64,000 bases of DNA, taken from NCBI GenBank assembly GCA_030390025.1, contig CM059426.1, positions 114,886,001 to 114,950,000 on the forward strand, written 5' to 3'. Under the pieces are notes generated by a model. The model was given only the letters and a program-made list of their open reading frames with translations. It was not told the DNA's origin and did not search any database. Below, one piece after another: positions 1-12,570 of the stretch. Numbering within the stretch: the first letter of the stretch is position 1; every line of letters starts with the position of its first letter. Source of the DNA: Squalus acanthias. Its lineage: Eukaryota. Both the position numbers and the translations under genes were made by a program.

Positions 1-120
1 AGCCTTTGCCACCTCCCTATTTACCCTTTCTGCTAGGGCACTGGTCCCATTCCGGTTCAGGTGGAGCCCGTCCCATCGGTACAGCTCCTTCCTGTCCCAG
101 TTAGCTCCTTCCTGTCCCAG
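1..120 (-). mobile_element. CR1 LINE ORF1 (SGNH esterase-like) fragment
   Basis: Minus strand reads WDRKELYRWDGLHLNRNGTSALAERVNREVAKA (DGLHL motif). An 18-bp local duplication lies at 83-120. Confidence 0.7.
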
Positions 121-870
121 TATGTGTGGGTTACATCATTAGAGAGTGACTATGAGGGAGTGTGGTGCCAATGCCAAAGTGCCAATGCAAAGTGGCCTCC
201 TTGTGTGTTGTCAGTTGGTATGATTGCATTAGGATGAGGGTGAGTATGAGGGGTGGTTAGTCAGATGGGGATGTGAGTATGTACATAGAGAGAGAGGGAT
301 GGGTGGACGTGCAAGATATGTTGGTTTGAGGAATGATGTGCAGGGGTAGGCTTGGGAAGGCAGAATGATGGGGATGTGAGGCATAGCAGGATGAAGTTGA
401 GTGTGGCTTTGCACTCAGCTTTCCTGACATCATGAGATCATTGAAGCACTTCCGGCTCTTTTGGTCTCCTGGGGAGGTCTCTTGCACCGATTAGAAGGGA
501 AGAGCACCTCCCTGCATGCTCTGACTCCCTCCACAAGCATATGTAGGGAGTCATCTGAGAACCTGGGTGCGGCCTTCTGTCTCTGTGCAGCCATGTGTGC
601 AAGGCTAAGCAAGACCCAATTGCTGAAATGTACTGACTGCACACTCCTGGATGAACCTTCAAATGGAATGTGGCCATGGCTCCTTTAAATATCCCGGCTG
701 GAAATGAGTCATCGATGGCGTCATCAAACCCGCACCATTTAATAGGGCCGGGTAATGCACAGGGCTGGTTTAATAGGCGCCATTAAGGGAAAATCGCTCT
801 GAGGAGCTGGATGAAAAGAAGAACAGTGCCCTGACCCACCATGCTGACCGCCCGCACCCGACCCGCCCAG
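121..870 (-). mobile_element. PIF/Harbinger fragment, Myb/SANT-like gene 5' part
   Basis: MAAQRQKAAPRFSDDSLHMLVEGVRACREVLFP matches the Harbinger Myb-like N-terminus. Confidence 0.75.
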
Positions 871-2019
871 GTAATGAAAAGTACTTCAATGACTGGGGTG
901 GAAGGGAAGTGGGGGGGGGTGGGGGGCGGAGAAGGGGAAATGGGGTGGGAGGATGAATGCCTCGGAGTCAGGTACACTTTGGGAGAGACAGCAGTGAGCA
1001 GTGTTAAAAAATGGAATGTGCATTTGTCACTTAAATCACGGTGGGAGCAGCTTGGTGGTCAAGCCTACGCCAGGAAGAGGCATAAAGGCTGCTTTTTAAA
1101 AAATTGAAGTTTATTAAGTGTTCTAATCTGGGATGGGCGGGGGAGACACGGGGAGGAGGGTGGTAATCGTTCCATGTTGCACCTGTTTAAACAGGAGCAA
1201 AAGGACCAATTTCACAGGGCTATGTCCTGAGCCCCAAGGACGCTTGAAATACGTCCAACGCCATTTTGACCTCGAACAATATTAAGGCGACCAAGTCAGC
1301 CGCCTTAAACAGGCCCCTTGCATATGTTAATGAAGGGCTGAACACCTGTTTCAGGGCCCCTTCCAGAAATTGGGCATCACTGAGCAAAGCACGTGCTCCG
1401 CTCTGGTTTTACAGCGTTTGTCACAGTCCATCCAGCAGCTGCCAACAGGTAAGGTTTTTCAAATGGTATCTTTATTTGGAACGAGGAGGCAGGAGTGCTT
1501 CTCCCAGCTCCACAGCGCTTCTGAAGGCTGCTGCCGACCACCAGAGCCCCCGCCCCCATTCTTCTGCCCCCGCACCCGCGGCACAACAGAGCTGAGTGTC
1601 GCTGCTGGCTCGGCAGGTGGCTCAAATTGGAAATCTTCAAACTAGCGAGCTGCCTTTGGAGGTGCGACAGGCGCCCGCTGCCTGCCAGTAATATTGGAAT
1701 AAGGCCCGAAGCCCTATTTCGGGTGAGCCTCAGGCCTCCTGGTTTTGGCGCTCGCTGGGAACACGCCGGCCATTCTGCATCTGAAACTGGGCCTAGCTGA
1801 ATTTTAGCCCTGCTAGTTTACTGTCAGTGGCTACTTTGCAAATTTGAAATGCATTAAGTGCTTTAATGTTGGTGAGGTGGGGAAACCTAGGAGGTCTGGG
1901 AATGAGCAGTGGTAGTGATGCTTTAGAAAAATGTAAGTGCATTAAGTGCTTCAGTGGTGGAGAATATAACTCATACCTCCCATCCTTCCTTACCCTTCTC
2001 CCCTAGCCCCCCTTTATCC

Positions 2020-2352
2020 CCTTTATCACTTACCGATGCTCAGTTTGGGTTCCACCAGGACCACTCCGCTCCAAACCTCATTACAGCCTTGGTCCAAACA
2101 TGGACAAAAGAGCTGAATTCCAGAGGTGAGGTGAGAGTAACTGTTCTTGACACCAAGGCAGCATTTGACTGAGTGTGGTATCAAGGAACCCTAGCAAAAT
2201 TGAAGTCAATGGGAATCAGGGAGAAAACTCTCCACTGACTGGAGTCATGCCTAGCACAAAGGAAGATGGTTGTGGTGATTGAAGGACAATCATCACAGCC
2301 CCAGGACATCGCTGCAGGAGTTCCTCAGGGCAGTGTCCTAGGCCCAACCACT
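2020..2352 (+). mobile_element. CR1-clade LINE RT fragment
   Basis: QFGFHQDHS...LDTKAAFD and GVPQGSVLGP motifs. Confidence 0.85.
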
Positions 2353-2445
2353 ATATTCTCCGACAGTCACTTTACCTGCTTGTCTTTAACTGACTATCTA
2401 TCAATTTGGAATAAAAGAGGTTTTACATCTATGGAGGGTAAGACA

Positions 2446-3190
2446 TGGGCCTGGATTTTGTGGTGGTAAGGACGGCTAAACTGTCAGCGTTCACCATCAA
2501 TAATCCTCTGAAAGTGACAACAACTTTGGAGTCAGCGCAGATAAAGGCGAAAATCCCAAAAATGCTGTCAGTGATTCTGTGCTTCTCCACAGGTTGTGCT
2601 GTGGAACTACCCGGAGCCAGAAATCAATTAAAATCACACTGAAATATAGTTCCAGATGAAAACTTCACCTATTACGCTAGAATATCGCTGTTAAAAAATC
2701 CTAAAAAGTTAAGCCTTGTTGAAACAGGTGTAACTGGGTTTTTAATGATGTATTGACTGCTGAACAACTGTTCTGGCCCTGAAAAATTAATTGTATATTT
2801 GTGGAAAAGTCAAATTTTTCCATAATATGATAAGAATTACATGGTTTTTAATATACTTTTTTAACCTTTGTTTTTGATATTTCAGCTTGTAACTTAATCC
2901 TATGTGTATGTTCCAATCTTTATTTCGCTCTCTGTAAAACTTATAAAAAGTAAATTGGAATCTGTGCATTTTACTTCCTGGTTTGCTGACTGTGAGAATT
3001 CTTCAATGTGATTGGCTGCTCAGCCTGCTTGATGACATCACTGTTGCTGGACACTGGAGATTTTCTTCATTTGGAGCCAGATTCAAATAACATTGGGAAA
3101 GGTGAAATTCACGTTAGATCGTTGTGGGCAGCTTTCTTTGAGGTCAGCGGCGAGCACCGTCGCTTCACCGCTGACCACAAATTCCTCGCC
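2446..3190. mobile_element. Non-autonomous DNA element (Harbinger-type MITE)
   Basis: Ends GGGCCTGGATTTTGTGGT / ACCACAAATTCC. Related copies lie near 49580-50280, 59310-59770 and 62345-62578. Confidence 0.55.
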
Positions 3191-3216
3191 ACTGCCTTTG
3201 CCATGGCTGCTCCAGT

Positions 3217-5210
3217 GGATTCTGGCAGAGGTTGAGAGGAGGCAACAGCGCTTAGGAGTGGTCAAAGTCCGAGCCCATTCTAAAATCACCCCTTAGGCTA
3301 GTGAGAATGGCAAGGTAAATCAGCTAGTCAAGAAGTTCGAGATTACCCTAGAAGTGTGGGAACCACCCGTACCCTTGCAGTGCAGATAAATAAAGTTCAA
3401 AGGGAAACACCCCCCTTTAGATCTTGCAAGGGTGCAGGGTGAGGACCCATGGTTAAATCAGTCCAGGCGGCCATCAAAGGTGCGGGCTCATGGCCCAAAG
3501 ATGCCTTTAACTGAAAAGACAATTTTACAGTACGGAATAACTTGTTTTATCAGGGCAAATGGGTAGCCCCACAGTCACTTGGTAATGAAGTGGTACGCTG
3601 GGCCCACACCTCTAGAGAGCACCAGTAGGGTGACAGCCTGGTCCAAAGGGTAATGCAGCAGATGTGGTGGCCTTGTATGCATCAGACCGTGAATGCCGTT
3701 ATTAATGACTGCCTCATGTGTGACCCCGGCCCAGTGTTAAAACGCCTCCGAGCCATGTCCAACATCCGATGGCCAGTGGAGAAATTTGCAGATTGATTAC
3801 ATTGGCCCGTTTCAGAGGACTCAGAAGGATAACCAGAACGTCTCGGTTATAATTGATTGCTTTTCTAAATGGGTTGAGGCGATCCCTGTGAGATGAGCCA
3901 CTGCTACAATAACTGCAAACATACTTATTGAGCATCTTTTTACTCGCTGGGAACTGCCAAAGACAATTGAGTCCAATAAAGGGACTCATATCACTGGTCA
4001 GATCATGAAGGAGACACTGTGGGGGAAAAATTCGGTTGCGACCCCTTTGGGGCGCTAACTTTGCTGGAGCGCTACTTTCAGCACCCTGAAAAAGTTAGCG
4101 CCCCCACGCCGTAAATTGAGTGGTAGCACCACAAGCAGGAGGCGGGCACTACTGGAAGCATTCCCCTCCCTCTTGGGGGGCTACCATTCAATATCGCGGC
4201 GCTACGTGCAACAGCGCCACGCACGTCAGCATGTAGCGCCGCGGTATTACAGGCCTCCCTCCCCTGATTAAATGGGAGGGTCCTAGTGCAGCAGGCACCG
4301 GGGCCCTGCTGGACCACCGGGGAGCGGGGTGCTGGGCTGACCGATCGTGGCCGGCACCTTGCATGAAAAAGCGAGAGGGGGCAGGTGCTGGCAGGCAGCC
4401 CAAAAAAAAGGCCACCTGGCACCTGCCCTTTAATTAGCGCTGCCACGGCCGCAAAAACACCACCCTGACCCCGTCGGACATATTGTTTGCGGCCGGGGCG
4501 CGAGCGGGGCGCTGCGCACGGCGATGACATCATTGCCGGAGGTGCAGCACCGCGGGGCGCTACCGGCTACCACCGTTGCTAATCGCCCGCTGAATTTCGC
4601 AGGCGGCGTTAGTGGCGCCGCGCCCAGGCACTAGGTGCTTTGCGCCCCATTAGCGCCCCCCGGGACGCTAACGGGAGGCACAAAGCCTAAAGCTCCTAGG
4701 AATCAGGCAAAAATTTCACATTCCATATAACCCTCAGGCAGCTGGGATGGTCGAGCGTATGAACCGTACCCTTAAGCAGCGAATTATCAAGACAGTGGGA
4801 GAGGCTGGTAAGAATTGGGATGTTGTATTGCCGCTTATATTGAAGGCAATTTGAGGTACACTCTCCGGTCAACAGGACATACTCTGTTCGAGATCATGAT
4901 GGGATACCAAATACAGTTGCCAGTGCTTTGGCTCTCTGGACCTCAACATGAGAGCGTGACCAGGAGCACGTATATATGGAGCAATTACACATTCATTTAC
5001 AACAAGTGTACCTAAGTTCTGCCCTATCCATTGGTCACAATAATGAATGTTGGTACAAATTTGGCCCTTATGTTAGAGGACCTGACGTTGGGGGCAAGGT
5101 GATGGTGAAACTGAACAAGGTCACAGGTAAGTGGGCAAAAAGATTCAAACGACCCTTCTCAATAATCGATTCTGAACCCACCTTACCGGAGGGAATAGGT
5201 GAAAACCATT
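3217..5210 (+). mobile_element. Degenerate retroviral-like pol (RNase H end plus integrase), split by a MITE
   Basis: VVKVRAHSK (RNase H His loop); LQIDYIGP; IDCFSKWVEAIP; IESNKGTHITG..KETL|KLLGIRQKFHIPYNPQAAGMVERMNRTLK. Contains stops and frameshifts. Confidence 0.85.
4021..4687 (+). mobile_element. GC-rich non-autonomous element, copy 1
   Basis: Interrupts the integrase frame; homologous to 19224-19838 and 41080-41669. Confidence 0.85.
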
Positions 5211-5517
5211 AAAAGTACAAAAAGTAGGATTTGGAGTTGGAAATTCCAAATTCAGCCATCCTATGCACATGTGTGTGGGATTGAAAGGGCTAATTTCCAA
5301 CAGGCTACTGACTGCCAGCTCCAAGAGAAAGAGAGACAGAGAAACCTTCGGTTAAAGGGATTATTCTTTAAAATGGATCATTTAGTGATATTGTAACAGT
5401 GCTTTAGTCAAGCGATTATATATTTTACGCTTACAATATACCTTAAATAATGAATTGTGTCAGATACGAACCAAGAGCATGTACTACCTCTTTCAGGTAA
5501 ATTACCGGGGTTGAACC

Positions 5518-6114
5518 ATGAACTTTTTGCTAGCTGTCGTGTTGGAGTGCGTCGTGCCCCTCATTGAATCTGCAGACACCTGGGATGACTGGGACTGTAT
5601 CATCATGAGTTATACCACCAATGACACCAGGCCATGGTCATGATGGAACATTTGGATGCACGTACCAGTAGGGAAAAGGCTTCGATTGACGGGTACGTGT
5701 ATTGGCAATGGGACAGAACCAGCTATCAAGAGTTATCAGATGAGTGCAAACACCAGTAAAAACAGTGACATTGGGTCTTTTGGCATACTCTATATGGGTG
5801 ACTCGAAGAACACCTTTGCGTTCCCTAGTGGGACATGGGCAATGACTGGCTCTCTCAATTTCCCTCGGGTCTGGAAACGACATGCTGACGGCTATGGGTG
5901 CAAACCCAGTAGAAGAAACGCTGGCTTGTCATCCTGGTCCCTCTGCTTCAGAGTATTCAAGAATGTGGCGTCGTCCAATGTAACCGTCCAGTCAGCCTCT
6001 ACCGGATGCCCGGTTGCGGACAAGGGTCCTGGCAATGGTTTATTGGTTTTCAAAACATATCAGACCTTACATAACAATGTGAGATTTGAAATCTTGACGT
6101 ATAGATGCAGTTGA
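5518..6114 (+). pseudogene. Env/glycoprotein-like relic downstream of integrase
   Basis: Acceptor ctctttcag at about 5496, then MNFLLAVVLECVVPLIESA (signal-peptide-like). One frame runs to 6114 with a single internal TGA at 5641. Several cysteines and N-x-S/T sequons. Confidence 0.5.
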
Positions 6115-6352
6115 TAGAGATAGAGATAGAGATAGAGATAGAAAGAAAGAAAGAGTGCCATGGGATCTTTTACGTCCACCGTGAGAGCGTAGACAGGGCC
6201 TCGGTTTAGCATCTCATCTGAAGCACTCCCTCAGTACTGCACTAGAGTGTCAGCCCAGATTTATGTGCTATAAGTTCCATGGAGTGGGACTTGAAACCCA
6301 CAACCTTCTGAGTCAGAGGCGAGTGTGCTACCCACTGAGCCACAGCTGACAC
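6113..6352 (-). mobile_element. tRNA-derived DeuSINE fragment with (GATAGA)n/(GAAA)n microsatellite
   Basis: Minus strand has A box tggctcagtgg, B box gttcaagtc-like sequence and Deu-domain gtggacgtaaaagatcccatggcac. Confidence 0.8.
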
Positions 6353-6561
6353 ATAGGATACAGAGGAGGAAGAGGAGGATGAGGAGTCCTTTTTCAATGG
6401 AGAAGCATGTAACCATGATGTGAGATATCTACTCAGGAGCTTGATGCAATGCCGTTCCTGATCTATAATCCTCTCAATTACCACTTGGTGGCTGTATGTA
6501 CCTCACTGTACTGATGCTCAGCTGCTGGGGATGGTACTGTTAGATCAGAATTTGGGACTTT

Positions 6562-6700
6562 TTCCACAGGGGCCCAATTCGAGTCCACCGGGACTCATTC
6601 AAGTCCTAAGAGGTCACCCCTGCTCCGGGTTTTACACAGGGGCCCAATTCGAGTCCACCGGGACTAATTAAAGTCCTAAGAGGTCACCCCTGCTCCCGGC
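6562..6700. repeat. Two-copy tandem repeat of about 70 bp
   Basis: cacaggggcccaattcgagtccaccgggact(c/a)att(c/a)aagtcctaagaggtcacccctgctcc occurs twice. Confidence 0.9.
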
Positions 6701-8189
6701 ATCCCAATTACTCACCAACGGGCCTTACTGTTACATCAAATTTTGGAGCAAAACCAGACGGAGACGGAACTGAAGACAAAGTAAAAGTTTATTAGAAACT
6801 AGCCAGAAGGCTTTGTGCACAAAGGGAGAGAGGTTGATCTCCTCAGACTCGAACCCAACTCTCAAAGGAAAAACTACATACAAGCATTGATATACCTTTC
6901 GATAGGCAACACCCACAGGTTACAAAAGTGGGTGTACACATACAAACAGCGTCGCTACCATTGCTCCCTTCTTGATTAATGATCAGTCACTCAATGTTGG
7001 GAGCTGCCCTGAAATGTTCTGTGACATTAAACATAACACATAGTTGTTATACATGGGGCCTTCATCTAGTCTCTGGGAGCGAGGTCTACCAGACTCCATC
7101 TTGTCTCTTAAACAAGGTCGTACCACGCTTATCTTTCCTTTCCCATATTGTTGTATCTAACCAATACTTCGTTAATTCTCGAGAGAAGCTTATTATGATA
7201 AACAAGGTCCGCTCCAAAGGGAGATAAGGTGTTTGAGACCAAGAGAGAAATGGTCGACTCCCTGTACAGTTCAGTTTCCCTTATCTCTTCCAAAGGCCAA
7301 CTACGTATAAACACTGCTTCTGTAGCACTGATAATGACCTTCTAAAATGCCTAGAAAGTAAGCTATGACTCCGACAATCTGGCTGCAGGGAGCAACACTT
7401 CTTTCAGTATTATTTAAAAGGGTTAATATAATGAACCAAATAGTCCATCATGCTTTGCAACTATCTAAAAGCTATATGTACGTGTTGATATCTCTCTATA
7501 AGTGAATTAACTATCCTTTAAACATGATTTCTAATATTACTGCCCTACAGCCTTGGTTAATATATATTTAAAGACTAGGGGATATAGGTTTAGTTTCACA
7601 GGCCTAATTTGCGATCCCACAGTACTCTGTGAATACATGGGCCATGGAAGCAAGGGATACACCTTGTTACCCAAAATATATCTGGACACTTGCCAATCTT
7701 CCCAGAATAGAGCTAGGAGGTTGGGTTGCCTCATAACAAAAATATTGTGCCAATTCACAGAAAATCTGACATTCATAGGACAATTCGTTGCTGTTGGTCA
7801 CAAACTATTTGAACATTGAAGATGTGGAATCCTTTTCTGTTAAGGGAATTCAATGAGCTCATAGTAATGCAAAGTGTGTCCCATCTATTGCTCCTGGATT
7901 CTGGGGAGTCCAACAACGTTGTAGAACTGAATGGCCCTTTCGCACCGCTGTCATGGTATGGTACAACAATGTATGAATTCGTCAGCTTTCTTAAAGATGG
8001 AGAGGTTAAAATTTCGACAGAGATTCTCTTGGTCTCCCAATGTAACTTTGGCAGAAGAGCGATGGAAATGAGAGAAATGGCATAAATGGCTGTTTACACC
8101 GTTTCTCTGGGATTTCTGCTGGTCCTCCACCAAAGATACGGCAGGAGATTGTGAGAAGCCCTGTAGAAATTTTACCCGGCAGCTGAATG

Positions 8190-8400
8190 CAGGACTGGAC
8201 AGCACACCAGGTGATGTTACACAGGCTCCCAGTTGCTGCCTGGAAGAATCCAATGGGATAAAAGTTGAAAACTGAACTCAATTTGACCTGCACTTGCAGA
8301 GCTGTTCAGGCTCTTGGCCTGGCTGCTGCTCCTGGTACAGAAGCTGGCACAGTTCATCCATGGCATCCTTGGTGAATCTAATGTTGGGGCATTCTTCAGG
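8190..8400 (-). mobile_element. Harbinger transposase (HARBI1-like) N-terminal fragment
   Basis: IRFTKDAMDELCQLL and QVKLSSVFNFYPIGFFQAATGSLCNIT. Confidence 0.7.
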
Positions 8401-8784
8401 CATTGGCAGCACTGCGACAGGGTTCTGGAGCTGCTGAGAACTTGTTCAATTTTCCCATTAAAGGCTGAAAACAACAGCATTAGGAAAGGAGGATGGCTCT
8501 ATATTAGGCCACCCAGCAACAGTATATTTTCCTCCACCACAGGACCTGAAAGATCTATTCCAAATAGGTGCATAGGCACTCAAGTTGCATTATGGGGAAA
8601 TCCCCAATCAGGCATGTGGTGGGCCTTAGGCCTTTATGCCTTACATTTTGGAGGGTTGGTGCCCAATGTGGACCAGTGCAATGGGCTTTGGCAACCAGAT
8701 TATTAGCCCCTAATATAATGATGATGTTAAATAATGGCACAGTTCCTCAGGTTATTTCCCTTCTTAAAATGACAATGATCATCC

Positions 8785-8790
8785 TTTATT
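8785..8790 (-). promoter_or_regulatory. Candidate polyadenylation signal of gene A
   Basis: AATAAA on the minus strand about 290 nt after the stop codon. Confidence 0.5.
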
Positions 8791-9077
8791 TTTAATATTC
8801 AGATCTCTCTTCAAAATTACAAACCAAATTAAAATCAATCCAATGCAGACAATCACACTACATTGCATAATGAGGCTTTCTTTATACTTTTCTGCACTCC
8901 TAATGATTGTACGTTTATGTAGAAGCAAGCTGCTTTAGAAATTCCACAATTCTAGCTTTAGTGGATGGGCAAATAGCATCTATTAACATTACTACAGTGC
9001 TACATATATTGAGCCTGAAATTCCTCTTGGGTTGAAAATAAAATGAAGCTCTGTTGGGCCTTTAGTGGATGGATATG

Positions 9078-9153
9078 TCAGACTTTTGGCGCAGTGCTGA
9101 ATTTGCAGGATGGATGGTCTGATTTGTCAACACACTGGAGCATTTGAATAGGC
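9078..9153 (-). CDS. CD38: Gene A exon 8 (terminal)
   Basis: tttcttgacag|G CCT...TGA; PIQMLQCVDKSDHPSCKFSTAPKV*. The eight exons sum to 891 nt in one uninterrupted frame (296 aa). Confidence 0.93.
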
Positions 9154-9969
9154 CTGTCAAGAAAATAGCAGAATTTTAAACTTTAGAATTAGTAAACAAA
9201 ACTTAAGACCTAGATACCGAGATCCATATTTTCCTCTGAGCAGGAACAATCCCACCAGCAGTAAAAGGGAATGTTTTCCACTGCGGGTATTTTGACAGCT
9301 AGCAATGAGCCCACTTTAAATATTCTGCCAATGTATTCTTCCACTTAAGTATGAGAAAAAATTAATACAGCTAATGTCGAAGCAAGGCAAGGACACCTGA
9401 TGCAGCAACAAAGTGGAAGTCTGAACGGAAAAAACATTATTAACTTCCCCACCCTTCCTCCAAAAAAGAAATCACGCAAACACGTGGCTGGAGTCCCGGT
9501 CCACTGCAGAATTCAACTCCTTCTGCCAAATTCACCAGGAGACATAAATAGCAAAGGAGAATGGGCTAAAATCCCTGGGGCCTAGTTCTGCTGCCAGACG
9601 TGTGGCAGATCGGGACACCTGGCCACCTGCAGCTACAGACACAGACCCTGCCCTTGGTGGAACAGGCTCGAGGGGCTGAACAGACTCCTCCTGCTTCTCT
9701 GATCCCAAATTTAGGGTTGGGAACATTTGCATGCCCAGTAAATGCACTTCAGCAGCCCCAACCGAGGCCCAGAACAATGGAACAGCATCATTCCACTCCA
9801 ACTGCAGAGTGAGGGCCCGGAAAGTGCCCAACAGAGCTTCATTTTATTTTCAATCCTCAGCCTCTCGGAGTTATAGGGTGCTTTAGTGCAGGGATCGATT
9901 ACCTTTGGCAGTCAAAGTTTTGGGATCTTTCCTGGTACTCGGCTGGCGTGAGTTTCACTGAGGCCTTTA

Positions 9970-11030
9970 AGGAACATAGGAACAGGAGTAGGCAATTCAG
10001 CTCCTTGAGCCTGCCCGCTATTCAATTAGATCATGGCTAATCTGAATCTTAACTCCATCGACCTGCATTAGTTCCCTAACCCTTAAGATCCTTACCTAAC
10101 AAAAATCTACCTCTCTCAGTTTTTTAATTTTCAATTGACCTAGCCTCAACTGCTTTTTGGGGGAAGAGAGTTCCAGATTTCCACTACCCTTTGTGTGAAG
10201 AAGTGCTTCCTGACATCATTCCTGAATGGCCTAGCTCTAATTTTAAGGTTATGCCCCTTTGTTCTGGACTCTCCCAACAGAAGAAATAGTTTCTCTAGCT
10301 ACCCTATTAAATCCTTTGGGGGAGAAATTCAGTTACGCCCCGTTTGGTATCGAGTTTTGTCCCATTTTCCAGTCTTCTATTGTGCGATCCCCCCAGTTCC
10401 ACCCAGGGCCCAAGAGGAATTTCAGGCTCAATATATATAGCACTGTGGTAATGTTAATAGATGCTATTTGCCCAGGCTGAAGTTTTTAAAAATTGTTATT
10501 TTGTATGTTTGTTTGCAACTTCAATTTGTGTTAGTCCAACTTATTTGCAACCGCAAACCAATATTCATTTCCGTATATTCACAGTTATACAAAAGTGCTT
10601 CCTGATTTCACTCCTAAATGACTTAGCCCAAATTTTAAGATTATGCTGACTTGTTTTTGATTCCCCGACCAGAGGAAATAGCTTTTCTATATCTACCCAA
10701 TCGACTCCCTTGATTATTCTAAATAACTCGATTAGATGACCTCTCAACCGTCTAAACTCAAGGAAATACAAGCCAAGTTTATGCAACCTGTCCTCAAAGT
10801 TTAACCCTTTAAACCCTGGTATCATTCTGGAGAATCTGCATTGCACCCCCTCCAAGGCCAATATATCCTTCTTGTGGTTCGGTACCCAAAACTGAACATG
10901 TTTCTCCAGATGGGTCTTAGCAAGGCTCTGTAAAACTAAAGCATAACTTCCTCTCCTTTGTATTCCAGCCCCCTTGAGATAAAGGCAAACATTCCATTAG
11001 CCATTTTGATTACTTTTTGTACCTACAGGT
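9970..11030 (-). mobile_element. CR1/HER1-like LINE 3' fragments (two pieces with an intervening segment)
   Basis: ALEGVQCRFSRMIPG..LEFRRLRGHLIE; typical 3' tail at about 9970. Confidence 0.85.
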
Positions 11031-11255
11031 TTGAAGTCCTAGGAAAGAATGAGTTGTTGAAGGAGAGAGTACCTTGATTTCAATAGTGAGGATGCAGGGA
11101 GGAGGACATTGTAGGATAGTATAATTCGGAATTAGGAGGAACAAGATAATAAAATTATCTTAAAATACTGACATTTTACATAAACTCTTGTGATAGAATT
11201 TCACTAGCTTTGTAAACTTTTCAATATTTAAGTATGAATCTGATGTGGTACACAC

Positions 11256-11342
11256 CTGTAATTATCCTTGCAAGAGTACATGATCTTTTTCTCCTTCAGA
11301 ATCTTTTCCAATTCTGCAACACTGCCAGCACCACAGGATTCA
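11256..11342 (-). CDS. CD38: Gene A exon 7
   Basis: tttgcag|T...AG|gtgtgt; 87 nt; ESCGAGSVAELEKILKEKKIMYSCKDNYR. Confidence 0.95.
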
Positions 11343-11817
11343 CTGCAAATCAAAATGTTGACTCTGAGTTCAGTACAATTGCTAAAATTAATTGTAATTG
11401 CTAAACTTAAAGTAACAGTTGTCCTTATTAGCCTGAAAACTACTACTTTATAGGGCTTCATGAAAAAAATGTTCGGTAAAGGTTTTAATTTCACAAGATC
11501 ACAATATAGAAAAGGGAAGAGGGAGGGCATTCGGCTCATCTTATCACACTCATCAAGAAAGAACAAATAGTCTGCCGTAGCACCATCGACTGGTTCTTAA
11601 ACGCTTCAGGGTTTTTTTTTGCATCCACTGTCCTATCCAGAAGTCCGTTCCATGTGCTAATCACTCTATTGTGAAGAATAACCTCCTAACATCAGTCCTA
11701 AATTGCCCTTTTACCAGTCTTAGCATGTGTCTCCCATTCCTCCTAGTCACCTCCTTTCAAGGTTGAACAGAGGAGGTTTTTCCAATTCTTCCTCATGACC
11801 CAATCCGCTGAAGCTAT

Positions 11818-12570
11818 TGGTGCAGAAATTCCGTTCCCTACGGGTGTGTACGCGCTGTGTACTCACCCGTAGGGACATCGGAAATGCCGGTTTCAGGCAT
11901 GCACTGCGCTGGAAACCGGCATTTCCGATCTGTCAAGAAAGCTCTTGACAGATCCTCCGGCTGCCCGGGAGCAGGGCCTCTGCGGGCGGAGAGTTCCGCT
12001 TTTTGGAGACCCTCCGCCCGCAGAAAACCCTTACAATTCTTGCGCCTGGTAAAAGCAGGTGTAAGGCCTGCTTTTACCAGGATAAGAGTTGAAAAAAGTA
12101 AAAAAAAAAATTTCCACTGATTTATCATTTAAAAATACTTCAAAGAAAGGTAAGTTTATTTTTAGCCCCGTTAAAAACTTTAATTATTTTTTTCAGAAAA
12201 TAAAATTTTTGTTTAAAATACTTAATTTATTGTAATTTAAAGTCATTTAAAAAATGTGATTTTAAAAAAAATTATTTAAAGTTTTACTATGTTTTGGGGT
12301 GATCTCTATTCATATATTTGACAGGTCTTCCTGTCAAATGTATGAAGGGAGATTCCCTTCTCTGATTGGCTCACCATGGCCCACGTGATCCCAGGGACGC
12401 TGCGAACCGCCTGTGCCTCTGGGATACGTGGGCCCTGCGCACCGGCAGTTTGGAGAGGCCCAGCAGCGGAACTCTGCGCCTCCCGGGAGCCCTCCGGTCC
12501 AGGCGCAGATTTTTCCAGATCGCAGCCCTCCGCCCGCGGGAGGCCTGCAATCGGAATTTCTGGGCCATTT
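11818..12570. mobile_element. MITE with inverted termini
   Basis: Ends gcagaaattccg / cggaatttctgggcc. Related pieces lie at 22760-23030, 38745-38910 and 47432-48152. Confidence 0.65.

Noticed and set aside
6562-6700. CRISPR-like array
   Set aside because: Only two adjacent long units, no unique spacers, and a eukaryotic context.
7951-8253. KFLQGFSQSPAV resembles the RT motif LPQGF..SP
   Set aside because: It overlaps a small inverted-repeat element, and the neighbouring frame is Harbinger transposase. No YxDD motif follows.
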